Shown here: positions 56,593-64,000 of the stretch, piece after piece | Layout: the number at the start of each line of letters is the position of its first letter | Numbering within the stretch: position 1 is the stretch's first letter | NCBI GenBank assembly: GCA_035556415.1 | Contig: DATMEZ010000202.1 | Location: 6,899 to 70,898, forward strand | Direction: 5' to 3' | Length of the DNA: 64,000 nt | Source of the DNA: Povalibacter sp. | GTDB lineage: Bacteria; Pseudomonadota; Gammaproteobacteria; Steroidobacterales; Steroidobacteraceae | Position numbers and translations under genes: made by a program | Notes under the pieces: model-generated | What the model was told of the DNA's origin: nothing | The model's input: the letters and a program-made list of their open reading frames with translations, nothing else | The model's database searches: none

Positions 56593-58191
56593 ATGGGCAA
56601 CACAATCCGGTTTCGAGACGCTACAGACAACCCGTACCCTGAAACCGTTGAGCGCGGTGCGGTCGCGGCAAGGCGCATCTTGTTGCGAGGATCATTGATC
56701 TTGGCGGCAGTCGGCCTGGCCGCCTGCGATCACAGCGACGATCGCGTTGCTGCACCGCCGCCGCCTGCGGTCGCGCAGACATTGCCGAGCAATGGTGCTT
56801 CTCTCGTGCCCAACACTGCTTCCGTCAGTGCGGTGTTCGACCACGAGATGAACGCGGCAACATTGACCGCGCAGAGCTTCAACATCGCCTGTCCGGCCGG
56901 CTCCGCCGTTTCTGCTGGCGTCGTCTACGATGCAACCACACGCACTGCGACGCTGACGCCGGAGTCGCCGCTGCCGGCAGACGTAACTTGCACCGCGACC
57001 GTGACTACGGCCGCTCGCGATACGGCCGGCACGGCATTGGCCAGCAATTTCACCTGGACCTTCGGCACCACATTCGATGTGGCGATGGTGGAGCAGGGCA
57101 AGCAGACGTTCCGCTACGATACGTTCGGCGACGAAACACAATGGACCGATACGCTGCGCATGCATGAGGTGATCGGCGCCGCGGTCGATCCGGTCACGGC
57201 GTTGTCGGTGGGGTTGAAAGTAGATGCGGAAGCATTGCCCGCCGCTGTCGTCGCCGGCATCCAGGACGGCAGTATCAGCCTGACCAGTCCCGCCACCACC
57301 GTGGCGCTCCTCAAGCTCGATGCCGTCGTCGGCGTGAAAGGTACGGTCGAGAACATCAGCGGCCAGGACACCCTGACCCGAGTGGGCATCACCTGCGCGC
57401 TGTGCCATTCGACGGTCGACGATTCCTTTGCACCCGGTATCGGCAAGCGCGTGGACGGCTGGCCGAACCGCGACCTGAATCCCGGCGCCATCATCGCGCT
57501 GTCGCCGGCGCTCACGACGCAGCAGAAGGCGATCTACAACTCGTGGGGACCGGGAAAATACGATCCGCGCTTCAACTTCGACGGTGTGAGCAGCGCCCAG
57601 GTTATTTCGCCGGCCTATGGTCTGAAGGGCGTCCATCGCATCACGGCGACGGGTGACGGCGATGAGATCGCGTACTGGAACCGCTATGTGGCCGTGACCC
57701 AGATGGGCGGTCACGGTTCGTTCTCCGAGCCGCGTACCGGCGTTTCTGTCGTCAACGGATCGGACGATCTCGTCAGCAGCAAGTTGCCGGCGTTGCAGCA
57801 GTATCAGCTGACGCTGCCTGCGCCGCCGCCGTCGGCGGGGAGCTTCGACGTCGAAGCAGCTGTCCGGGGCAAAGTTCTTTTCGAAGGCAGCGCGCGTTGC
57901 TCAACCTGTCACAGCGGACCGGAGTTGACGGATGCCAACGAGCGTCTGCATTCGCCCGACGAGGTAGTCAGCGAACCGGAGCCGGACGGCGCGCCGAGCT
58001 ACGCCTCGCGCACTGCAACCAAGCAATACCGGACCGCGCCGCTGAAAGGCATCTGGCAGCACCCGCCGTATTTCCACAATGGATCGGCTGCGACGCTTGC
58101 AGATGTGGTCGCTCGGTACAACAGCCGGCAGTCGCTCGGCCTGGGCGATGCCGAGATGGCCGACCTGGTCGAGTATCTGAAGTCGCTGTGA
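56593..58191 (+). CDS. Lipoprotein with SbsA-type Ig-like domain and di-heme c domain (CcP/MauG/RoxA superfamily-like)
   Basis: SD AGGAGG; lipobox LAAC; Ig domain ending FTWTFGT; CALCH (57394-57408); CSTCH (57898-57912); YRTAPLKGIW..PPYFHNGS..TL..LVEYLKSL. Confidence 0.82.
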   Translation: MGNTIRFRDATDNPYPETVERGAVAARRILLRGSLILAAVGLAACDHSDDRVAAPPPPAVAQTLPSNGASLVPNTASVSAVFDHEMNAATLTAQSFNIACPAGSAVSAGVVYDATTRTATLTPESPLPADVTCTATVTTAARDTAGTALASNFTWTFGTTFDVAMVEQGKQTFRYDTFGDETQWTDTLRMHEVIGAAVDPVTALSVGLKVDAEALPAAVVAGIQDGSISLTSPATTVALLKLDAVVGVKGTVENISGQDTLTRVGITCALCHSTVDDSFAPGIGKRVDGWPNRDLNPGAIIALSPALTTQQKAIYNSWGPGKYDPRFNFDGVSSAQVISPAYGLKGVHRITATGDGDEIAYWNRYVAVTQMGGHGSFSEPRTGVSVVNGSDDLVSSKLPALQQYQLTLPAPPPSAGSFDVEAAVRGKVLFEGSARCSTCHSGPELTDANERLHSPDEVVSEPEPDGAPSYASRTATKQYRTAPLKGIWQHPPYFHNGSAATLADVVARYNSRQSLGLGDAEMADLVEYLKSL

Positions 58192-58196
58192 CGGTG

Positions 58197-58835
58197 CTAC
58201 TTGCGCGGCGTGAAATGAAAACGACACACGTGCCCGCCCCGCGCCATGCACTCGTGCAGGTCGACCTTGTTGCCGGTGTAGCCCGACAGCAGCGCCAGGT
58301 CGAAATGGCAGATCTCGGGATGCCGCATGGCGAGCTCGTGAAAGACACAATTGTCGGCCTCGATCACGGGGCCGCTCTTGTCCTTCACCATGTGGGCGTC
58401 GTAGCCGAGTTCGTCCATCAGCCCGGCGAGCTTCTCGATCTTTTCCCGGCTGCCGGCGGTGTTCGGCGGGCGCTGCTGTTGCGGCATCTGCGCGACTACC
58501 ACAGAGGCGATGCGTCCGAGGCGGGCGCGCAGCCCGGCCGTGCCGTGCTCTTTCGCGATTTCTTCGACCAACAGCTGTGCGAACCAGGAATAGTGACGAG
58601 GGAACGCTTCCTTGCCTCCGTCCGTGAGCACGAAGAGCTGTTGCGGTCGCCCGCCCGAAGCGCGCGTTGCGCCTGTCGCAACCAGCCCATCGCGCATCAG
58701 TGCGGCCAGGTGCTGGCGCACTGCCGTGCGTGTGACTCCGAGCGCCTGCGCCAGTTCATCGACCGATGCGCCTGACTTGTTTCTCAACAGGTAACGCAGC
58801 AGCTGCTTGCGGCGCTCACCGAACATTTCGCTCAT
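58197..58835 (-). CDS. SufR-like winged-HTH regulator with Cys-rich C-terminal sensor domain
   Basis: ELAQALGVTRTAVRQHL, GGRP, FPRHY, C-x12-C-x19-C-x7-C. Confidence 0.85.
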   Translation of the reverse strand: MSEMFGERRKQLLRYLLRNKSGASVDELAQALGVTRTAVRQHLAALMRDGLVATGATRASGGRPQQLFVLTDGGKEAFPRHYSWFAQLLVEEIAKEHGTAGLRARLGRIASVVVAQMPQQQRPPNTAGSREKIEKLAGLMDELGYDAHMVKDKSGPVIEADNCVFHELAMRHPEICHFDLALLSGYTGNKVDLHECMARGGHVCRFHFTPRK

Positions 58836-59012
58836 TGCACGCTCCGGCCGGCATCAGACTTTTGGCATATTAGTATTGGCTAATTGATCTTGTCGATGCG
58901 CAACGGCTCATTTGCCGAAGTTCAGCCGGAAGGCGCCCAGGTGGTGCGGCTTCGGGATGCAATGTGGACCTGCGCTGCGCACCGCTGCCGCATTGAGCGG
59001 ACGGGGCGCAGG

Positions 59013-59714
59013 TCAGGTGAGGGCGTCGACGAACACTTTCGCGAACTGCGGTCCTTTGCCGGCTTCCTCGTGCTTGAAGTACACGTATACGTCCTTGCAG
59101 TGCGAGGTGGCGTCGCGGATTCGATGCGCCCACGCGACGATCTCTTCCGGCGTGTAGCCTTCGTCGCGCAGCCGGAAGTAGGCGTAGTCGGCGGTGATGG
59201 TCATGGGCGTGGCCATGGTGGTGCCGTCGGCAACGCACAGCGCCAGGTTCTTCGATTGCAGGTGTGAGAACACCTCATCGTCCAGCCACGAGCCGTGCCG
59301 GAATTCGAACGCCGCGCAGGTGCCGGCGGGCAGGGTTTCGAGAAACGCGTCCAGGCGCGGCAGGTCTTTCTTGAAGCCGGGCGGCAGCTGGAACAGCAGC
59401 GCGCCAAGTTTCGGCCCCAGTCTGAGCGCGGTCTCGGTGAAATACTTCACGTTGTCGGCGCAATCCCGCAACCGCGCGTCGTGTGTGATCTTCTTCGGTG
59501 CTTTCAGCGTGAGCTTGAATTGCGGCGGCGTGGCTATGTTCCAGCTTTCGAGCGTCTTCGCGTTCGGCATCCGGTAGTAGGTGTAATTGATCTCCACCGT
59601 CGACAGCCGCTCGGCGTAGTACGACAGCATCTGCGCCTGAGGCAGCTTTTCCGGATAAAAGCTGCCTTTCCATTCCGGGTAGTTGTAGCCGGACGTGCCA
59701 ACCCAGATCGTCAT
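59013..59714 (-). CDS. DUF72 (YecE) family protein
   Basis: IWVGTSGY.Y..W...FYP, VEIN.TYY, KAP..ITH, LFQLPP, EFRH.SW, YFRLR. Confidence 0.92.
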   Translation of the reverse strand: MTIWVGTSGYNYPEWKGSFYPEKLPQAQMLSYYAERLSTVEINYTYYRMPNAKTLESWNIATPPQFKLTLKAPKKITHDARLRDCADNVKYFTETALRLGPKLGALLFQLPPGFKKDLPRLDAFLETLPAGTCAAFEFRHGSWLDDEVFSHLQSKNLALCVADGTTMATPMTITADYAYFRLRDEGYTPEEIVAWAHRIRDATSHCKDVYVYFKHEEAGKGPQFAKVFVDALT

Positions 59715-59782
59715 GGGACGCTCCTGCCTTGCCGGGTCGAGCGCTCATTCTGGGCCGCTATTCCATCTGAGGACAATCCCGG

Positions 59783-60250
59783 TTACGCACGCTCGATGCG
59801 GGCCGCGTAGCAGCCGCGCTTGGCATAGTGCGCCTGGATGTAGGCAGCTCGCGGATTGGTGAAGAATCGCTCGATGGCACCTTCCAGCTCGCGGCCGTCG
59901 ACCACGTCGGCGTCGAGCATGAGGTGGTCGCTGTCGAAGACGCGCAGTGAGATCAGTCGTACGCGCAGGACCTCGGGGATTTCATCAACGCGGTCGTAAG
60001 TCTCGCTCGCGCCTTCGGCGATGAAAATGGCATGACTGGCTCGATAAGGCGTGTCGGCGGGTTGATGCGTGTAGTTGACCAGCAGTACGGATTCTCCTGG
60101 CTCGGCGTCGCGAATGCCGATCCGGTCAGGAAATCCGGGTTTCTCATCCACGATGTAGCGAATGGCGCCGTACTCGCGCAGCTGCTCGTCGGACAGGCCG
60201 AACAGGTGTCGGAATGGTTCGGGTGAAAGGCCGGTAATGCGGAAGCTCAT
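59783..60250 (-). CDS. DUF1203 family protein
   Basis: PGFP.R...DA..GE..LL.NY, PY...AIF, YIQAH.AKRGCY; SD GGAG. Confidence 0.85.
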   Translation of the reverse strand: MSFRITGLSPEPFRHLFGLSDEQLREYGAIRYIVDEKPGFPDRIGIRDAEPGESVLLVNYTHQPADTPYRASHAIFIAEGASETYDRVDEIPEVLRVRLISLRVFDSDHLMLDADVVDGRELEGAIERFFTNPRAAYIQAHYAKRGCYAARIERA

Positions 60251-60325
60251 GGAGGTTCTCCGTAGCACGGGATCTATCGTGCTGCGGCGGGGAACTGACC
60301 GCTATCCGCTTCTTGCTGTCGAATC

Positions 60326-61180
60326 TCAGGCGTCGGCAGGCAGGCCGGCGCTCCTGAGCAGCCGACGGTATTGGCCCAGGTGCCGGATGGCGTGTTGTGG
60401 CTTGCCCAGGGTTTCGTACAGCCGCGCCAGGTTGAAATGGCCGTCGGCGAGATTCGGATCCTCGGTGATCGCAGCCTGATAGGCCTCGAGCGCGGCGCCG
60501 GTGTGGCCGATGTCTTCGAGCAGCACGCCGAAGTTGAACATCAGCACCGGATCGGGCCCGCACTGTTTCATGGCGCGCTCGTAGACGTTTTGAGCCTCGC
60601 GAGTTTCGTTCTGCTCGTGCAGCAGGCGGCCCCAGTTGATCCACGCGGCCGCATTGTCCGGCTCCATATCCACGGCACGCCGGTAAGCATCGCCGGCAGC
60701 CTGCGGATCGCTTTCCTCCAGTTGCAGCGCCTGGTCGAACCAGTCTTCGGCATCCTGTGCGGCAGACAGCTTCTTGGGCGCCGTACTTTCTTCCTGGCGC
60801 TCGACGACTCGCAGCACGCCGTTCTCCATGCTCACGTCGAAACCGAGCACGTACTGGCCGCTGTCCACCTGGAAATGATTCTTGCCGTCGCGCACCACCA
60901 CTTGATCGCCTACGGCGCCAATGCTCAGGCCCGACAGCGGTACGGCCTCGGGCAGGTGACGACGCAGATCCTTCATCGAGCGGCTGATGCGTCTTCGCGG
61001 AACCTTCGCTTCGATCAGCGACCGTGCCGCGCGCAGCACGATGAGATCCTGGAACGAGAAGCGCAGCTCACGCCGCGGGCCGCGAGCAGGTTTGACGAAG
61101 CCGCTCTTGATCAGCCCACGCAGCGTGCCGCGTGAGAGTCGCAGGATGCGTTCGATGTCATTGGCGCTATACGTCTGCAT
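60326..61180 (-). CDS. MerR-like HTH plus TPR-repeat protein
   Basis: N-terminal YSANDIERIL..GFVKP..FSFQDLIVLR; C-terminal TPRs (AWINWGRLL, FNFGVLLED, HFNLARLYE). Confidence 0.85.
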   Translation of the reverse strand: MQTYSANDIERILRLSRGTLRGLIKSGFVKPARGPRRELRFSFQDLIVLRAARSLIEAKVPRRRISRSMKDLRRHLPEAVPLSGLSIGAVGDQVVVRDGKNHFQVDSGQYVLGFDVSMENGVLRVVERQEESTAPKKLSAAQDAEDWFDQALQLEESDPQAAGDAYRRAVDMEPDNAAAWINWGRLLHEQNETREAQNVYERAMKQCGPDPVLMFNFGVLLEDIGHTGAALEAYQAAITEDPNLADGHFNLARLYETLGKPQHAIRHLGQYRRLLRSAGLPADA

Positions 61181-61220
61181 GAGCGATTCAGCGGCCTTCG
61201 ACCTCGCTGACGTGCGGAGC

Positions 61221-61334
61221 GCCCTCACCCGCGCTATCGCGCGGCCTCTCCCTGGAGGAAGAGGCGAGAAGGGAAGAGCGGTGGGCACTGCCTTCTATCC
61301 CCTCTCCCTTTGGGAGAGGGGCAGGGGTGACGGC
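61221..61334. repeat. REP-like palindromic intergenic element (two inverted units)
   Basis: GCCCTCACCC..CCTCTCCC..GAGG and CCCCTCTCCC-TTT-GGGAGAGGGG..GGGGTGACGGC. Confidence 0.65.
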
Positions 61335-61366
61335 GGCGACGGTCCAGTGAAAATCCATGCGCCTCT

Positions 61367-62239
61367 TTACCGCTTGCTCGCCTTGCGTGCGGGTTTGGCC
61401 GCTTGCTCGACCCGCTTCGGCGCCTTGCGCGGCCCGAGCTTGGATGCAGAGGCCTTGGCCGCTTCGGTCTTCTCCAGGCTGGCGCGCAGCGCTTCCATCA
61501 GATCGATGACCTTGCCGCCGGTCTCCGGCTGGGTTTCGGCCACCGAGATCTCCTGGCCTTCGACCTTCTTCTGGATCGACGCCTCGATGCGGGCGCGCAC
61601 TTCGTCGGTGTAGGCGCTGGGATCGAACGTATCCGCCGACTGCTGATCGATCAGCTGGCGCGCGAGTTTCATTTCCTGCGGCTTCACGTCGAGTTTGGCG
61701 ACATCGACTTCCGTGGAGGAGCGCACGTCGGAAGCGAAGTGCAGCTGCTGCATGGTCAACACGTCGCCGACCGGTCGCAGCGCGACGATGTACGCCTTGC
61801 CGCGCGAGGCCCAGCGGGCGACGGCGCAGCGCTTGGCTTCCTTGAGTGCTTCGGTCAGCAGGGCATACGGCTTGGCCGCGCCCTTGTCCGGCGTCAGGTA
61901 GTAGGTCTTGTCGAAGTACACCGGATCGATGGATTCGATCGGCACGAACTCGGAGATCTCCACCGCGTGCGTGCCCACTTCTTCCAGCTGCTTGATCTCT
62001 TCGGGGGTGAAGGTGACGTACTGGTCCTTGGCGAACTCGTAGCCCTTCACCATCTGGTCACGTTCGACCACCGAGCCGTCCTTGATGCAGATGTACTGCT
62101 GCTTGAGCCGCGAACCGCAGCCTTTGTGCAGCAGGTTGAAGGAGATGGCGTTGGCGGACTGCGTTGCCGTGTACAGCTTCACCGGAATGGCGACGAGTCC
62201 GAAGGAGATGGTCAGTGAACCGATAGAACGTGCGGCCAT
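61367..62239 (-). CDS. ku: Non-homologous end joining protein Ku
   Basis: ISFGLVAIPVKLY, VKGYE, IDPVYFDKTYYL, Y.D, VIDLMEALRASL, basic tail. Confidence 0.96.
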   Translation of the reverse strand: MAARSIGSLTISFGLVAIPVKLYTATQSANAISFNLLHKGCGSRLKQQYICIKDGSVVERDQMVKGYEFAKDQYVTFTPEEIKQLEEVGTHAVEISEFVPIESIDPVYFDKTYYLTPDKGAAKPYALLTEALKEAKRCAVARWASRGKAYIVALRPVGDVLTMQQLHFASDVRSSTEVDVAKLDVKPQEMKLARQLIDQQSADTFDPSAYTDEVRARIEASIQKKVEGQEISVAETQPETGGKVIDLMEALRASLEKTEAAKASASKLGPRKAPKRVEQAAKPARKASKR

Positions 62240-62323
62240 GGCTGCTACCTTTGGTTCGATGCTGGCAAGGGGCTTCCAGGAAAAGACGTTCCTGGAGGTG
62301 CATTGCCGACGGCGGGTAATGAC

Positions 62324-64000
62324 TTATTTTCGATCCTTGCTTCCGAATGCCTTCGCAAGACTCTGTTTTGACGTAAGAACATCATGCCACCGGTCGCCGG
62401 TGCCGGCCAAGCGCTGGAGCGCGTTGTGCACGGTGAAATGCTGGGGTTCGGCCGCCTCCAGCTCCTCCCAGGTCAGGGGCATGGAAATGGGGGCGCCGGG
62501 CACCCCCCGGGGGGAGTAGGCCACGTTCAGGGTCTTGCCGCGCACGTTCATGTTGTAGTCGATGAAGATCTTGCCGGTGCGTTTGACCACCGCCCATTCC
62601 ATGGTCACGTCCCGGGGATGCTCCCGCATCACGTGCCGGCCGACCATTTCGCAGATGTGCCGGGCGCCGTCGAAGGTCACGGTGCGCTCGATGGGCACGA
62701 ACACGTGCAGACCGGTCTTGCCGGAGGTCTTCACCCGGGCGCTGAGCGACATCTGCTTGAGCAGGTCGTTGATCCAGAACGCCACCCGCTTGCCTACCGC
62801 AAAGCCCCTCTTGTTCAGCTCGGGCTCGGCGCCCTTGGGCTCCTTGCCTGAGTAGATATACGGATCGATGTCGAACACCAGGAAGTCCGGGTAGTTCAGC
62901 ACCGAGGCTTCCATGGCCTGCAGCGAGCTGGAGTAGTCGGTGTCGTTGCTGATGGCATCGGCGCCGGGCCTGGCCCGCGAATGCCAGACGTGGAATTCCA
63001 GCGTGCCGACCTGGCCCAGCCACAGCAGGGTCGGCAGGTTGTTGCCCATCACATAGTCGTGCTTGCCGTCGCGGTGCTCGGAGAACACGGTGACGATCTC
63101 GACGAAGTCGGGCCGCTCCTGGTCCCAGTGCTTCTGGAAGAAGCGCTCGCCGTGGATGCCTTCTGGCATGCGGATCAGGGTCAGCGGTCGGTCGCGCAGA
63201 TGCGGCAGCATGAAAGGTGAGACGCGTGCGAGATAGCGAAGGTGATCGCGCTTGGTGATCGGCGGCACGCCCGCCTTCTTGTCTCCCGGCCAGTACTCGC
63301 GATCGAGATTGGTGAGACGGATCTTCGCGCTGCCCACCGTCAAGTCGAGTCGGGTCGTGTCGTTGTCGAGCTGCTGCAGCACCGACTCGATTTCATTCGT
63401 AGGGGTCGCGGAGCGTTTTGCCTTGGGGCGTTTCGTGCTCGGGCCGCTGCGTACGCGACTCGGTGCGATGTCGTCGCGCAGCCGTACGAATACGGGACTG
63501 CGCAGATGGCCCTCGGGCGTCCAGCTGTCGAACTCGACTTCGGCCACCAGCTCGGGCTTGACCCAGGTGGCCGGCCCGTTGACCTGCGGCTCGGTCACGA
63601 AGGGCGGTTTCTTGATCGTGAGCTCGCTGACGCGCTGGCGCAGATCGCGGATGGATTCGTCGGTCAGCCCGGAGCCGGCGTGACCGACATAGTGCAGTTC
63701 CTTGCCTTTGCGATAGCCCAGGAGCAATGAACCGAGTACTTCGCGTGCGCCTTTGCCCTTCGTATAGCCGCCGATGACGAACTCGGAAGTCTGCGTCGCC
63801 TTGATCTTGACCCAGGTCGATGAGCGCTTGCCGGGCTGGTATTTGCTGTCGCGGCGCTTGGCGACGATGCCCTCGAAGCCGTGTGAGATCGATGCCTGGT
63901 ACAGCTGCTCGGCATTCTCCGAGGTGTGGACGAGCTGCAAGTGAGGGGAGGGCAACAGGCATTGCGCGAGATAGCGCTGTCGTTCGCTGTAAGACGCATC
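62324..64000 (-). CDS. ligD: DNA ligase D (ligase C-terminal/OB part plus polymerase domain); 5' end lies outside the window
   Basis: EGIVAKR..S.Y.PG.RS..W.K.K, WVKPELVAEV, LR.PVF..LR.D; POL domain FFQKH, DID, KTSGKTGLH, IFIDY..N. Confidence 0.93.
   Translation of the reverse strand, partial: DASYSERQRYLAQCLLPSPHLQLVHTSENAEQLYQASISHGFEGIVAKRRDSKYQPGKRSSTWVKIKATQTSEFVIGGYTKGKGAREVLGSLLLGYRKGKELHYVGHAGSGLTDESIRDLRQRVSELTIKKPPFVTEPQVNGPATWVKPELVAEVEFDSWTPEGHLRSPVFVRLRDDIAPSRVRSGPSTKRPKAKRSATPTNEIESVLQQLDNDTTRLDLTVGSAKIRLTNLDREYWPGDKKAGVPPITKRDHLRYLARVSPFMLPHLRDRPLTLIRMPEGIHGERFFQKHWDQERPDFVEIVTVFSEHRDGKHDYVMGNNLPTLLWLGQVGTLEFHVWHSRARPGADAISNDTDYSSSLQAMEASVLNYPDFLVFDIDPYIYSGKEPKGAEPELNKRGFAVGKRVAFWINDLLKQMSLSARVKTSGKTGLHVFVPIERTVTFDGARHICEMVGRHVMREHPRDVTMEWAVVKRTGKIFIDYNMNVRGKTLNVAYSPRGVPGAPISMPLTWEELEAAEPQHFTVHNALQRLAGTGDRWHDVLTSKQSLAKAFGSKDRK

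Noticed and set aside
62273-62298. Inverted repeat CTTCCAGGAA-N6-TTCCTGGAGG between ligD and ku
   Set aside because: The hairpin is real, but there is no U tract and no second copy, so I cannot call it an operator or a terminator.
1-64000. CRISPR arrays, rRNA, tRNA, prophage or IS elements
   Set aside because: No regularly spaced repeats, cloverleaf or rRNA signatures, or mobility genes were seen by eye.

Overview
High-GC (about 65-70% by eye) bacterial chromosomal window. It is probably from a gammaproteobacterium of the Steroidobacteraceae/Xanthomonadales kind; this is inferred from gene style and not verified. In order it contains: RidA, an unannotated sigma54-driven 50-aa membrane peptide, and FadL. 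Next is a 19-kb Wzx/Wzy exopolysaccharide operon of the EpsB/E/F/G/L (exosortase-B-associated) type with no exosortase gene. That operon carries a PEP-less sorting-signal-like leader protein, an EpsG with an MshEN-like domain and no Walker-A lysine, OpgC, GH26, an acyltransferase, a methyltransferase and an ExoV-GumI fusion. It converges on opgGH. Then come DUF481, MATE, dcp-lipoprotein-FKBP-dsbA, GST, azoR/LysR, acyl-CoA ligase, a BlaI / M56-TonB / pseudo-hydrolase / MFS cluster with a visible operator, a low-GC orphan, namZ, a trans-sulfuration enzyme, icd-aceK, a ColRS-like pair, a PAP2 gene with a Pho-box-like site, an HTH-MNT/HEPN toxin-antitoxin pair with a frameshifted toxin, a guanidine-II riboswitch with gdx, a PanE-like gene, a GGDEF gene, an Ig-fold di-heme lipoprotein with a SufR-like regulator sharing an operator, and a ligD-ku-HTH/TPR-DUF1203-DUF72 repair cluster. 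No rRNA, tRNA, CRISPR array, integrase or transposase was seen. All family calls come from motif recognition by eye; no database search was run.
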